The notes beneath the pieces are model-generated. The model ran no database searches, was not told the origin of the DNA, and worked only from the letters and a program-made list of their open reading frames with translations. The position numbers and the translations under genes are program-made. A stretch of 63,476 bases of DNA, counting the filler, from Perkinsus olseni (taxonomy: Eukaryota), in NCBI GenBank assembly GCA_013115125.1. It is 51 parts of 51 records of this genome, joined end to end, with 100 filler letters (N's around TTAATTAATTAA, not from the genome) between each part and the next. Parts side by side here need not be neighbours in the genome. Positions count along the whole stretch, not along the records: positions 1 to 1,190 come from JABANN010002053.1; positions 1,291 to 2,478 come from JABANN010002054.1; positions 2,579 to 3,765 come from JABANN010002055.1; positions 3,866 to 5,050 come from JABANN010002056.1; positions 5,151 to 6,334 come from JABANN010002057.1; positions 6,435 to 7,615 come from JABANN010002058.1; positions 7,716 to 8,896 come from JABANN010002059.1; positions 8,997 to 10,172 come from JABANN010002060.1; 43 more parts are not named here. One strand, 5' to 3'. Positions 1-11,416 of the stretch are shown one piece after another. The first letter of the stretch is position 1, and each line of letters begins with the position of its first letter.

Positions 1-334
1 CACTGAGCTGTAGGAGCTCGAGAACCGGTGCTCCTTCTACGTGAGCCGCTCGTAGGGCGGCTGCTACTCCGCTTGGCGAGGTGTTTCCGCGCAGAATGGG
101 TGCGAGCGGGGACTCCGGTAGGTTGCGGACTGTGACCAGAGCTCGCGCCAGATCTTCTGTTGACGGACAGTCGGGTGAGCGAGCTGACGTGAGCGGGATC
201 CTGTAGACTGGCATGCTGTGACGAGCGTCAAGAACTGAAAGAGCCGAGCGACTATCCTTTGCAGCTCCCCCTGATGGATATGGATGTTTGACTGAGAACT
301 CATCCGTGACCATCGCTAGTGCAGAAACCGTGTG

Positions 335-1189
335 TCAATTGTTCAATAGTGGCCATACGATTTGGACGCGAGAATAGCTGCGCACCAGAGAGAAGTCGTG
401 CCTCGATGGGCCGTCTGCTAGATTCTGCGCTGACGGGACCCGGGATAGGCAGATGTTGATGCCCTTCCGGGAGACCAAGCGCCAGAATTCGTGAACCATG
501 TCATTAAGGTCCTTCTGACCCGAGCTGCCGCGGATCAACGCGTGCTTCACGGGCTCGCTGTCGACATAGAGCCATACGGACTTCCCTTTTAGTGATGTTG
601 CGAAAGTGCGGATGGCTGCCAGAGCGGCTAGTAATTCGAGGGGCACGATCTGCGTGACTCGCTCCCTCCACGAGCTGACTATTCCATCATCAGCTACCTC
701 CGAGAAGTAGCGGTTCTTCTTCTCCATCTCTCTGGGGAAGCAGAGAACCGCGCCCAGCCTTCCTTTCTCTCCTTCGGCATCCGAGTAGAGAACGAGGGCC
801 TTCTCGGTGGGCGGCTTTGCTGGGAAGTCACGACCAGATGGGGCTTCCGAGAGGAGCTTTCTGATCTGCAGCAGGTCGTCGGCCATCATTTCCGGCTCTC
901 TGTTGTCGGAAAGATGGGCGTATAAGCGTCTGATAGAGGCACGCCACGATAAGTCGCCGGATGTCGCTGAGGCGAAGGTCAGCTTCCCGCAGAGCTTCCG
1001 AATGCGGCCTGGGCTGGGGTCGGGCGCTTGCACCAGCTCCTCTATCAGTGACTCCAGGCCTCTCCGTTTGTCTTCTGGGAGACATAATGTGAGGACATCC
1101 TGCCTGAGTTTGACCTCGAGGCCAAGCAGTGCGATATCTCTCCCCGGCGGCCCCCGTTTGACGATTTTCTCGCGGAAGCCGATGATCTC
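335..1189 (-). mobile_element. DIRS-like (tyrosine-recombinase) retrotransposon RT thumb + RNase H, 5'-partial
   Basis: Frame open from contig edge; motifs GKLTFAS, LYSDA, PLELLAA, LYVDS, RVPSAQNLADGPSR match the DIRS1-type RNase H pattern. Confidence 0.85.
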
Positions 1190-2578
1190 GNNNNNNNNNN
1201 NNNNNNNNNNNNNNNNNNNNNNNNNNNNNNNNNNTTAATTAATTAANNNNNNNNNNNNNNNNNNNNNNNNNNNNNNNNNNNNNNNNNNNNAGGTTGGAGC
1301 GATCGGCTGTCAGTATGATATACTATACGTCATATAGTATACGAATACTGCACTGTATACCCTAAGTTTGCTCGGCCTGAGTATCCCCCGACATAAGGCA
1401 GAGACTCGCCACAGGTACATCCCGGAAAATAGACCCCTCGCTGGCTTGAGGCGCGGGCGGGCAACCGTGCGGAATCCTGGTGTTCTCGGTCGATACAACT
1501 CGGCTGTGTCACTGCCTCAGAACGGTAAGCGTGTGTGATATACATGTATCGACAGGGCTTCGGAATGCTTAGGGGAAGCGCCAGATGAGGAAGTTTCTTC
1601 GGACGGCGGTTCAACTAACACCAGTACAGTCACCGATGATTCCTTAGGCCAATGCTTCAGATCCACCTTGCAGGTGCTGGCTCCGTGCTGTCCGGAAGTG
1701 ACTTATCTAGCAACGACGAGTATGATACTGCTGTTGAGAGTTCAGATGTTTCAGAAGGTGCGTTGACCAACGGCTCTAACAGGTTACGTGTCGTGACTGC
1801 TGATTCTTAGGGGACGGCCTTTCTGACGAAGAGCAACTTAGTGACGATGAGGCGAGCAGCAGCAGAGATGAATATCACCCACTGCTTCCCGCAGTCGCAC
1901 TCCACGCGGAAAACTCATCAATAGCAGACATGATAGAGGATGGTAAGATCTGACGTTAATCCACAATCGGATACAGTTATCGCTTTACATCATATCCTCG
2001 CACGATGGTCCCAGGTTATCCACAATCGCATCTGTCCGATGTCAGATTCACACGGATCGGAAAGAGACGGTGACGATCCTGTGATGTGCGTCGAAAGCGA
2101 TAGCGGCGACAGTGGATATCAGCGCCTCCTGCGATGATATAAGCAAGGCTCGCATGATTCATGATATACGACTTCACAATGTCTGCGATGCTCGTATTGC
2201 GCAGAGTCTTAATTTAAGTTTGCAACATTTCTCTAGGGGAAGGGGCCGCTCAGCTTACTGTTTCACTCAAAATTCTTCCTTGCGTTGCTAATTAGTTCGC
2301 CCAGTGTAATTGCGTAATCCTTCCTTAATAACGTGTAAATCTGAGCGTACAGATCTCAGGTTGCATGGCATAGCCGACTAGCATAGGATAGCTGAAATTG
2401 CTCGGATTTGCATTACCAGCATAGAACAGCATGAGTTGCATAGATTACCCTCAGTTGCTTAGATTAGTTATGTTAGCCNNNNNNNNNNNNNNNNNNNNNN
2501 NNNNNNNNNNNNNNNNNNNNNNTTAATTAATTAANNNNNNNNNNNNNNNNNNNNNNNNNNNNNNNNNNNNNNNNNNNN

Positions 2579-3003
2579 GGAGCTTCGAGAACCTTCACCG
2601 CCATCCATTTACTGACATAGCAAACCATCACCAACAGCCAAACCTTCACATTATTCGCAAGGCGTATAGGACCATATAGATCCAACCCCACGACGCCAAA
2701 GATCACTGGTGCAACCAACTTAGCAGAAGCAAAGCCCTTCACAATCGTTCTTCCCTCACGAGCCCTACAACAGACGTCACAGGATCGTATATAACGCTTC
2801 ACAGAAGCATGTAGTCCCTTGAAATCACAATGACGACGGATAAGTTGAACAGTTCTTTTGATCCCAGGATGAATGTACTCCTTGTGAACCTTCTCTATAA
2901 CCTCTTCTTGCAGGGGACCTTCAGGGACCTTAGCAACCCAGCAATCGGGATTATCATTCTTGAATTCTCGCACCAATAGCATACCGGTCTCTTCATCAAG
3001 ACG
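2579..3003 (-). mobile_element. LTR retrotransposon integrase N-terminus (HHCC zinc-binding domain + first catalytic Asp)
   Basis: VHKEYIHPGIKRT...RSCDVC followed by FGVVGLDLYGP. Confidence 0.88.
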
Positions 3004-3213
3004 TTAAATACCGATACGGATGGTCGCGTCGCTCCGCCACCGTAGTAGTTGGTGGCGTAGGCATGAAACCGTGAGGCGAGCGAGCTCCGACTACGTCCCA
3101 CCTGCGTGACCCAGTTAAGGCTAGACGGCGATGATTGATTTTCTCAGTTAGTTTCAAGAATTGGAGAGTAAGCTCGAGTCGGGCCTCTTTGTTCTTTCAA
3201 CCTGTTTCGCACA

Positions 3214-3498
3214 GGGCTGGTCTGCTAGACCGCTTCGCAAGCCCGCGTATGCCTCTCTACGAGGACAGGGCTGGTCTGCTAGAGCGCTGCGTATGTTCGC
3301 GTATGCCTCTTCACGAGGGCGGGAATGGTGTGCTGGGTGCCATCACAAGCCCACGTATGCCACTTCGCGTGAGTAGGGCGGGCCCGTTCGAGCCTGTTCC
3401 AGGCCCGTGTCTACATCTCCACGAGGATTGGGCAGGTCCGCTGGGCGCTATTGCAAGCACGTGAATGCCTTTGCACAAGGACACGGTAGGCCTCGCTC
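3214..3498. repeat. Degenerate 54-bp tandem repeat, ~5.3 units
   Basis: Units start at 3214, 3268, 3322, 3376, 3430, 3484 (GGGCTGGTCTGCTAG...CGTATGCCTCT..ACGAGGACA consensus). Confidence 0.85.
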
Positions 3499-4337
3499 AC
3501 CCGCATCAGGACTATCGGCTGCATGCCGTAGTGTCACGCTGCGTGAATGCACCGTCTTCGCCGGAGATCTGCCACTCGCGAGCGACTCCGCACAAGGAGT
3601 CCTCGTCGAACCTCGACAGCCGAGGACAGGGGAGTCTGCCAAGGTCTCACCGCAAGCTCCCGTGACGACCGTGGACCGGGGTGCAGACCGGCTGTGGGCC
3701 GCGAACAAGTGGCACAGTGTGAGGGCATTCTACCCTTTGAGGGCATGCCAGGCACCGGCAGTCCCNNNNNNNNNNNNNNNNNNNNNNNNNNNNNNNNNNN
3801 NNNNNNNNNTTAATTAATTAANNNNNNNNNNNNNNNNNNNNNNNNNNNNNNNNNNNNNNNNNNNNGGATGTTGGGAGACAACAACCCGACAGTTGGGAGG
3901 CAACCGATAAATATCGTCATCATCGCCGACGATGATTGCCGTTACTAAAACGTATACTATTTCCATCTGCTGAATGCACTGTCACGATTTTCTACAGCTG
4001 CTTGTGTGTCCTGTGCTTGAGTGAATTACGGCGAGTGGTTCTGCGGGAGTATCTTATGTTGACGCTTGCTCCCGGCTCTGAACGCGGGGTTGCCATTCAA
4101 TAGACCAATGCGGAGGAGCTGCGCAGATGTCACTGACGTCAGGGCTTGCCTTACGCAGGATGTTCGCAGTCGCGCTTCGGCTGACTCGCTTCGCATTGGG
4201 AACCCACGCGATCTGGCGTAGCAGTTTCAACTGGGATCCGAGATGCGGGCTGCAGTGGCGGATGATAAATGGTTCATGAAATTGCTACTAGCTGATTCGT
4301 GCCGTTTGGCGCTAGCTGATTCGTCCCGTTTGCCACC

Positions 4338-5050
4338 ATGCCAACCAACTCCCCCAGTGGTAATAAGGGCGATAGTGATCTCGCCGTCGCCCTGGTACTT
4401 TACGGTATGCTTTCGTATGTACTGGTATTATTCTGGGCTGTAAATATCGATAAATTGCGATTGCGGACATACCAGATGATCGGCCATTCTCTGAGTATGT
4501 TCGTCGGAGTGCTCATGTTCCAAACACTCGATACCATCATCAACGATCTACTACAGGGAGGAGATGACAGTAGTAGGGGACGATGAGGGCGATGTAGCTC
4601 TTTCCAGCGAAGTAGTGAGATTTTCGCGAATGCCCACGGAAAGGGCACAATCTTTCGCTCCATCAGCGTGCTTATAGTTCATCAGTGATGGGCGTCAGCT
4701 TACACGGCTGCCGTGAGATAAGGTCAGGTAGAGTCGTTTTTTCGCTCAGCATAGCGGACCCTTTGAAAAAAAAACCGCGGAAGGCGAGGCTGATCCGGTA
4801 TGAGCGTCGTCTCCCGCATGCGGCTCATTCATTGTGCAAAATTTACCACGTCGTCCAGTGCTGTTTGGTGCGTAGTATGTTCGACGCAGATTGTCGAGAT
4901 GCGGATACCCGGCAGGGAGCCATCGGGCCATCTTGATATTCTTTTCAGATGAAAACTCCTCCGACATTCCTCTCAGCCTTCTTTCCTTTCTATTGTGGAA
5001 CTTACTCGGACTCTTTTTAATTTCTAAATTTCGACGGAAGCCCTTGTTAC
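4338..5050 (+). CDS. Hypothetical multi-pass membrane protein fragment (probably spliced or degenerate)
   Basis: Hydrophobic segments LAVALVLYGMLSYVLVLFWAV, IGHSLSMFVGVLMFQ and LSLLSFLLWNLLGLFLI. Confidence 0.45.
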
Positions 5051-7371
5051 NNNNNNNNNNNNNNNNNNNNNNNNNNNNNNNNNNNNNNNNNNNNTTAATT
5101 AATTAANNNNNNNNNNNNNNNNNNNNNNNNNNNNNNNNNNNNNNNNNNNNGCTCTCGTCGCGAACATCATTAATACCTTCATCGAATCAAATGACGAGCG
5201 CCTCTCTCTTTGCAAGTGGCCTTGCGGGCATTCCTTCAATGCTTCCAGGACCGACATACGTGAGCGGTTGGTGCGATTCCGCCCAGCCGAGCGCTCTTTT
5301 ATAGGATGGAGTATTCCATGTCCGGTTTGTGGAGGGGTTGGGTTGCCTGGCTTGGCTAAGCTCTTCGAGTATTACGGCAAATCCGCCTCCCTCGATGAGC
5401 AGAGAGAGACCGATAAAGTTGAAATGTCTATTGGCCCTGCAGTGAGCTCAGGCGTGTGAATCTCACCATTGTCATGGCCGATGACAGGTCGCGAGGCTCC
5501 CAGGGGTCTGCAGGTCTTTGAAGCCCCGGCGTCGCAGCAGCCTACGGTCGAGGACAGTCGGGGCCCGTGACGGTGAGGGACGAAGTGTTGCAGTGGTCAT
5601 TGCTCATGCGTCAGCTTCGCCACCGCCCGAGACTCTGTCCATCAATGGGGCTAGCATGCATGTCAAGAAACTCTGATGTGCGAAAATCACTCATTTGCAT
5701 CGGATGTGTTGGGTTAGTCAGTATGTGTCACTTGCGAACTTCCATTGACAACGGCGGCAGCAATGTAGTCTCTTCGCCTTGAACACAGCGTACGAGGACT
5801 TCTTGCGGATAGAGAGATCATCCGACTCAACCGATCAATCGTCAACTGGAAATACCACTTTCATTTAGTTGCAGCGGCGTACACATACCAGAGCACTACA
5901 TCACCCCCAGTTACGTGGACCCAGCCCCTTCTGGGTCTATTCGCTTGCTGCAAGCGCCTCGTACACCAATGATTCGCGACGAACCAGGGTCTGACTAGCA
6001 GACGCCGAAGCTCTCATCGTCGACGAGTTGTCGCTTGAGCCCCTCTCACCCCCCCATCTTTAACATCAGGACTGCGGCGGATTCTCCTCTTGACGTCGAA
6101 GATTCGTCTCCTTCCGCTGTCTTACTCTTTAATACTTACAGGTGACCGACGACAGCGTAGGAGTCCCTATTAATGGAAGGGTGGAACACCTTTCACAAAT
6201 GACATGTGTGCAAACAATACCACTCCACTAAAACGTCTCCAATAGTGGGCATTCTCTTCAGAGTTACTCTTCACCATGATTCGCAAGTGCACCCACCGCC
6301 TTTGAAGAGGCGTCTCGCTTCAAGTTATTCACGANNNNNNNNNNNNNNNNNNNNNNNNNNNNNNNNNNNNNNNNNNNNTTAATTAATTAANNNNNNNNNN
6401 NNNNNNNNNNNNNNNNNNNNNNNNNNNNNNNNNNTGCCTCTTATCCCCGGTACACGACGTGGCACGACTCCCACCGATGATTGTAGACACCGGGGATATC
6501 TGATGATCTCATCCCTTCATGGCTAGCGGCTTTTGGTCTCGCGTGCCGCTGAATTGTATATTTTCTTCTTGAACTGGCCATTTACAGGGCGAAATTGGAA
6601 TGGCCTGATTAGTATAACTTTTAGTCTCCAAGAGTTTATCTACCAGTACAGCTTCTTGAGTTCCATATCCGGCATCGCCACTGGTGGCACACCAGTACGG
6701 GATGAACAGGTCTGCGCCCTTCCGTGGCTAACTGAGATTGACATAGTCGAATCATGGGAAGCGGGCTTTGACGCTCACGGCCCACACTTGGTATGGTACA
6801 TGCAAGCAGCGTGAAAGTCGCTCAAGTACTTTCGTGCCGCCCCAGCTCTGCATAGCTAACGAGTAAGGGCTCGCTAGCCGCGCTCACGCAGACGCTCGCA
6901 TTGGACAGTGCTCCATGTAGGACATCACCAAAGCAACAATTATCGTGGTCTGAGCAAGCCGGGGGAGCAGCTCCTAAGCCAAGGTTCTCGTATTGGTCTA
7001 ATCAGGCGATGATCTACGCTGTTTAGGCATCGCCTAACCTCGGCTCGACTTCGATTTATGTGCTCCCTTGGAATCGAGAGCGACGAACTACAATCCGTGT
7101 TTTCTAATAAAAGAATGCGGCACGGTTCTAGGTCTGACCCGATATGCCAGCTCTGGAGGAGCGGAGCATGCGAGCGAACTATGCATGCGACGTGACGCGA
7201 AAAGAAGCCGAGGGCGTCACCGTGACGTGATGTCTCGTTTCGGATTTGCTTTCTCGCGCCCTCCTCGTTGTCCTGGTATAACCGCGCCGGCCGCACCATT
7301 CAGGATACTGACCCTTACAGCCAATCTCTTCACTGAACATGTCTATCGCCTTCTGCAGGAGCTCTCCCGCT

Positions 7372-7615
7372 ATGCTGCATTACGTATTTGGTCTCGGCGT
7401 CCTGCTAGCCTGCCAAGTTGTCGCCGTGGACCCTCCCAACATCGAGCGCATCAAGAGAGTATTTTCTCAGGATGCTTTCGAAAAACTGTTCCCTCACGCC
7501 AACGGGGTAACGGGACTGGGACCGTATACGTACGCTAACTTTCTCGCTGCTGCTGCCAAGTTCGAAAAGTTTTGTGACGAGGCTGCTGGAGGATTAGACC
7601 CGGACACAGCATGCA
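7372..7615 (+). CDS. Secreted GH19 chitinase-like protein, N-terminal part
   Basis: Signal peptide MLHYVFGLGVLLACQVVA, then FEKLFPHAN...YTYANFLAAAAKFEKFC, the F..LF..+N...YTY..F+.AA..F pattern of GH19 N-termini. Confidence 0.72.
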
Positions 7616-8826
7616 NNNNNNNNNNNNNNNNNNNNNNNNNNNNNNNNNNNNNNNNNNNNTTAATTAATTAANNNNNNNNNNNNNNNNNNNNNNNNNNNNN
7701 NNNNNNNNNNNNNNNAACCGCTGGGCGGAGCGAGGTGTGACAAGATATGCCGGAAGATACGATGCGAGCAATCGTCATCCATCTACAACATCAACATCTA
7801 GTAAAGGAAGCGATTTCTTGACGACCTGAGGCAGGAAAAGCTGCATTCTCATAAGAACGAGCGTTATTGCGTCGGTAGCAATCTTATGATAAGTTGGTAT
7901 CGCTTACTCAGCCGTGGCGGCGGACGTTGTGGTGACCGTGGCCTTCCTCGTGGCCCTCCATACTGCTGGGGATCACAATAGACCTCGAGGACGCGCTCCC
8001 GATGATAGCAGACACGAGGAGAACGAGACCGATGCGGATGGACATTTTGAAGATGATTTGTGGAGCAGGGGAAAAGCTGCGATTACGATAAGATACCATA
8101 ACAGCTCCCCAGAATGGATTTCCGAATTTCGAGCTATGAAAGAGAGCGCGCCGAATAAGGTTGCCACTGGACAGCTCTTACGGAGTGTTGGCGACTTTCA
8201 CTTGGCGAGTTGCCAAGCGTCACAGTGTTGCAGTTGAGGACGCTTCAACAGGGATGGAAGCTCACGGGCTTCAACACAGTGCGTGTATAGTGATTCATGT
8301 GTCGATGGCGAATGCATCCTCGTGAGGCAGAGCGAGTTCAGGACTAGGGTGGCGTTGGGCCTATTTCATAGGGGCCCTAAGGATGTAGGTCCCTTAAGGT
8401 GAGAGATCTAACCTCAGGAGACTCAAAGGAAGTTTAGGGTATTTCACTAGAAAAGAGGCGTTGGAGGTTAGGTTCCTTAGGTGAGGTTAGGAACGAGTAC
8501 TGTCCGTGGGTAGGCAGTGGGTAGCGCTTGACCGCTCACCGGTTTTTGATAGGGAGTTACCAGTGTCATAATGACACTGACTTTGTCACAGTCTACTATA
8601 CAGACTATACTCCTAACCTGTCAGTTAGGACAGCGTCATGGAAATTTCCTACATACAGTACCAGAAGACCACTCGGACCACCAGTGCACTCGTGTGTTGT
8701 TTGTACGCTGTTGCATTCTTTCCGGCCTGCATTCGGCTCATGTAACTGTGCCCAAGCTATGAGGACCTTGCTGTCATTATCACCACTATGCTGTGGTAGG
8801 AGATTTGCTAGTTGTTTTCGCCATTC

Positions 8827-8896
<70 letters not shown>
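8827..8896. repeat. (TTG)n microsatellite, ~23 units, runs into contig end
   Basis: Direct reading. Confidence 0.97.
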
Positions 8897-8997
8897 NNNN
8901 NNNNNNNNNNNNNNNNNNNNNNNNNNNNNNNNNNNNNNNNTTAATTAATTAANNNNNNNNNNNNNNNNNNNNNNNNNNNNNNNNNNNNNNNNNNNNG

Positions 8998-10172
8998 AAG
9001 CTGACGTCAAATGGTGAAGATACATCACGTCAACGTCTCTCCAACTGGTATCGTGTCAACGGCGATGATCTGCTGGTACGCATACTTGGTGCCAAGATCA
9101 GCGACGAGGACTGCCCTGTGGCCGAGAGAATCGAGCAAGTGCTCATCGGTACGGAGCCTCTGAAGCACAAGCTGGTCGAGAAGGCCCACGACGCGTTCCA
9201 CCGTGGCAAGGGCGGTACCTTCAGGCTTCTATCCACTCGGTACTATTGGAAGCGTATGCGTGCTTATGTGCGGCGCTTCGTCAACCGTTGTGAGGCCTGT
9301 GCCAAAGCTAAAGGAGACAGGATCGCGAGGTGCTCCCTCAGTTCGGTTCCATGGTGCGGTGGCGTTGGTCCTCTTCGGGTTCTGATGATCGACTACAGTG
9401 GCCCTCACGACGGTGCATTCTCAGGTGGACAAGACCCCTCTGTCGACCGCTACGCTGTCACTGTCGTCTGTGTTGGCACAAGATATTGTCGTGGTGTCAC
9501 TGTCCCCGATAAAAGCTGCGCCACTCTTCTCCCTAAGCTCTCCGCTCTCTTCGACTCTACCGATTGGCCCTCTCTAATATTGGCCAGTGACTCCACTTTC
9601 CGAGGGCACCAGTGGGTCCACTTCTGTGCTTCTAACAACATCCTCTACAAGGAGCTTCCGGCCAATGCGCCATTTCTGTTGGGCTCCGGGGAAAGGCCCC
9701 ACAAGGAGGTGAATGGTTACATGAGGGTTATTTTCGGGAAACTGGGTCTCGGTACTCCGGCCTTGTCGTGGGTGCGTCATTACTTCCACGGCTTGAGAGC
9801 ATGGAATCTACTCCCCTTGCCCGGTTCTGATATCGCCCCTCATGATCTGGTTTACCTCAGTCGTGGTCGTGTGCCATCCTTAGACCCTGTCGACCACTCC
9901 GCTGCTCGCCAAGTCTACCAAGGCCTACCTTCGATCGTGTCTGCTCTATCGCCTGACATCTTGGCTGATATTCAGAATGTCAAGGTCTCCCGTTGGCAGC
10001 AGTACCGTCAAGTTTGGTTAGACTTCCGTGAGCGTGTGCGGTCAACGATGGCAACCAGATCCCCGCCGTTGAGTCTTCTGCCGGGCGATATGGTTTATGT
10101 CTGGGGTCATCCCAGATCCAAGCTGTCTTTCAGGTGGAACGGCCCCTTCGAGGTAATATCCGCGTCCCCTGG
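8998..10172 (+). mobile_element. LTR retrotransposon integrase (HHCC, DDE core, GPF tail)
   Basis: Open across whole contig: AHDAFHRG...YYWKRM...CEAC; MIDYSGP; ASDSTF; GSGERPH; PGDMVYV...KLSFRWNGPFEV. Confidence 0.92.
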
Positions 10173-10272
10173 NNNNNNNNNNNNNNNNNNNNNNNNNNNN
10201 NNNNNNNNNNNNNNNNTTAATTAATTAANNNNNNNNNNNNNNNNNNNNNNNNNNNNNNNNNNNNNNNNNNNN

Positions 10273-11416
10273 GTATATCTGAACAGGACCGGGTATCGTT
10301 GCAGTAGGCAATCATCATAACATCAGCAACAACAGCAGGACTCACTCTCCCAGCGTCGGGGTCATAGAATCTCTGCAGCAAGGCGAATACGGTGCTTTTG
10401 CCTCCTCCACTTGGGCCGACCAGCGCAACCGTCTGACCTGCTGGGATTTCCAAATTGAGGCCCTTGAGGATCTGATGGGCAGCAAGACGATACTAGAGAG
10501 TAGCTCATCGAAAGGTTCGATCCTGACCTGAACTTCTGGACGATGAGGATAGGCAAAGTCCACTCCATCGAAGACAATCTTCACATTGGTATTATTAGCA
10601 TAATCATCATCAACCTGTGGGATACGTTTGGTGTGGTAGCAAGACTAACGGCCTACATTGAATATGCTCGCCTTCCTCCCATCGGGACATAAGGGATCAC
10701 ATGCACTCCGCCGATCGAGAAGCTCGAAGATATCATGAGCCGCAGTGCGAGCTTCCTTTATGTCTCGCGTGAAGGCCAAAGCCTGATCGGACATTCATAT
10801 TGCAGGTGATAGAGCAAGTGTTATCACGCTACCTGACCGATGCCCAACGCAGACAAGAAGACGCCCATAACGGCTTGAAGCATCTTGTCGAAAGCCAAGC
10901 CCTCCTCATCGATCAACACCGCACCATACCAAAAGCCCAGTGCGAGGGCACCGAACATCATGATGCTTGACATTCCATAGAAGAAGCCAGAAACGAAAGC
11001 CCTTTTACTGTGCTTGCTCACAGACTTCATGATCAACATTTCGAACCTGAAGGGTCACCACAATAGTAACGCCTCTCACATATTGATCTGAGTACTACAG
11101 GTCCCGGGTTCGAACCTCGGCAGTGAGAGCTCTCAGCGTCCGAAGATTCTGGACAGCCTCTGAGGCTATCTGATTAGCCTGGCCCGACGAGTCATCTTTC
11201 TTGCCAATACCATCCCCTCCAACATTCACCATCATATCCACCGCACCTACAGGGGAGAAGATCTCCGGTTCGATTCCCACAACATGCATTATCCACCTAC
11301 CAGCTGCTGCCAACAGTGGAAGAGTTGCCAACATAACAGCAGCCAACTTTGGTGAGGCCGAGAATGATATAATAACACCGGCGATTGCAGTAGCAGCCAG
11401 CTGAGCAAATATACCT
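10273..11416 (-). CDS. ABCB/MDR-type ABC transporter, internal fragment with ~6 short introns
   Basis: TMD motif [37 protein letters not shown], Walker [18 protein letters not shown]; exons joined by ~42-67 nt GT-AG introns. Confidence 0.95.

Noticed and set aside
8340..8495. TAGG/TTAGG-rich stretch suggesting telomeric repeats
   Set aside because: Not tandem or periodic; only one TTTAGGG.
8528..8944. Poly-Cys ORF (and poly-Leu/Gln ORFs at 31678-32546)
   Set aside because: Translations of trinucleotide microsatellites.
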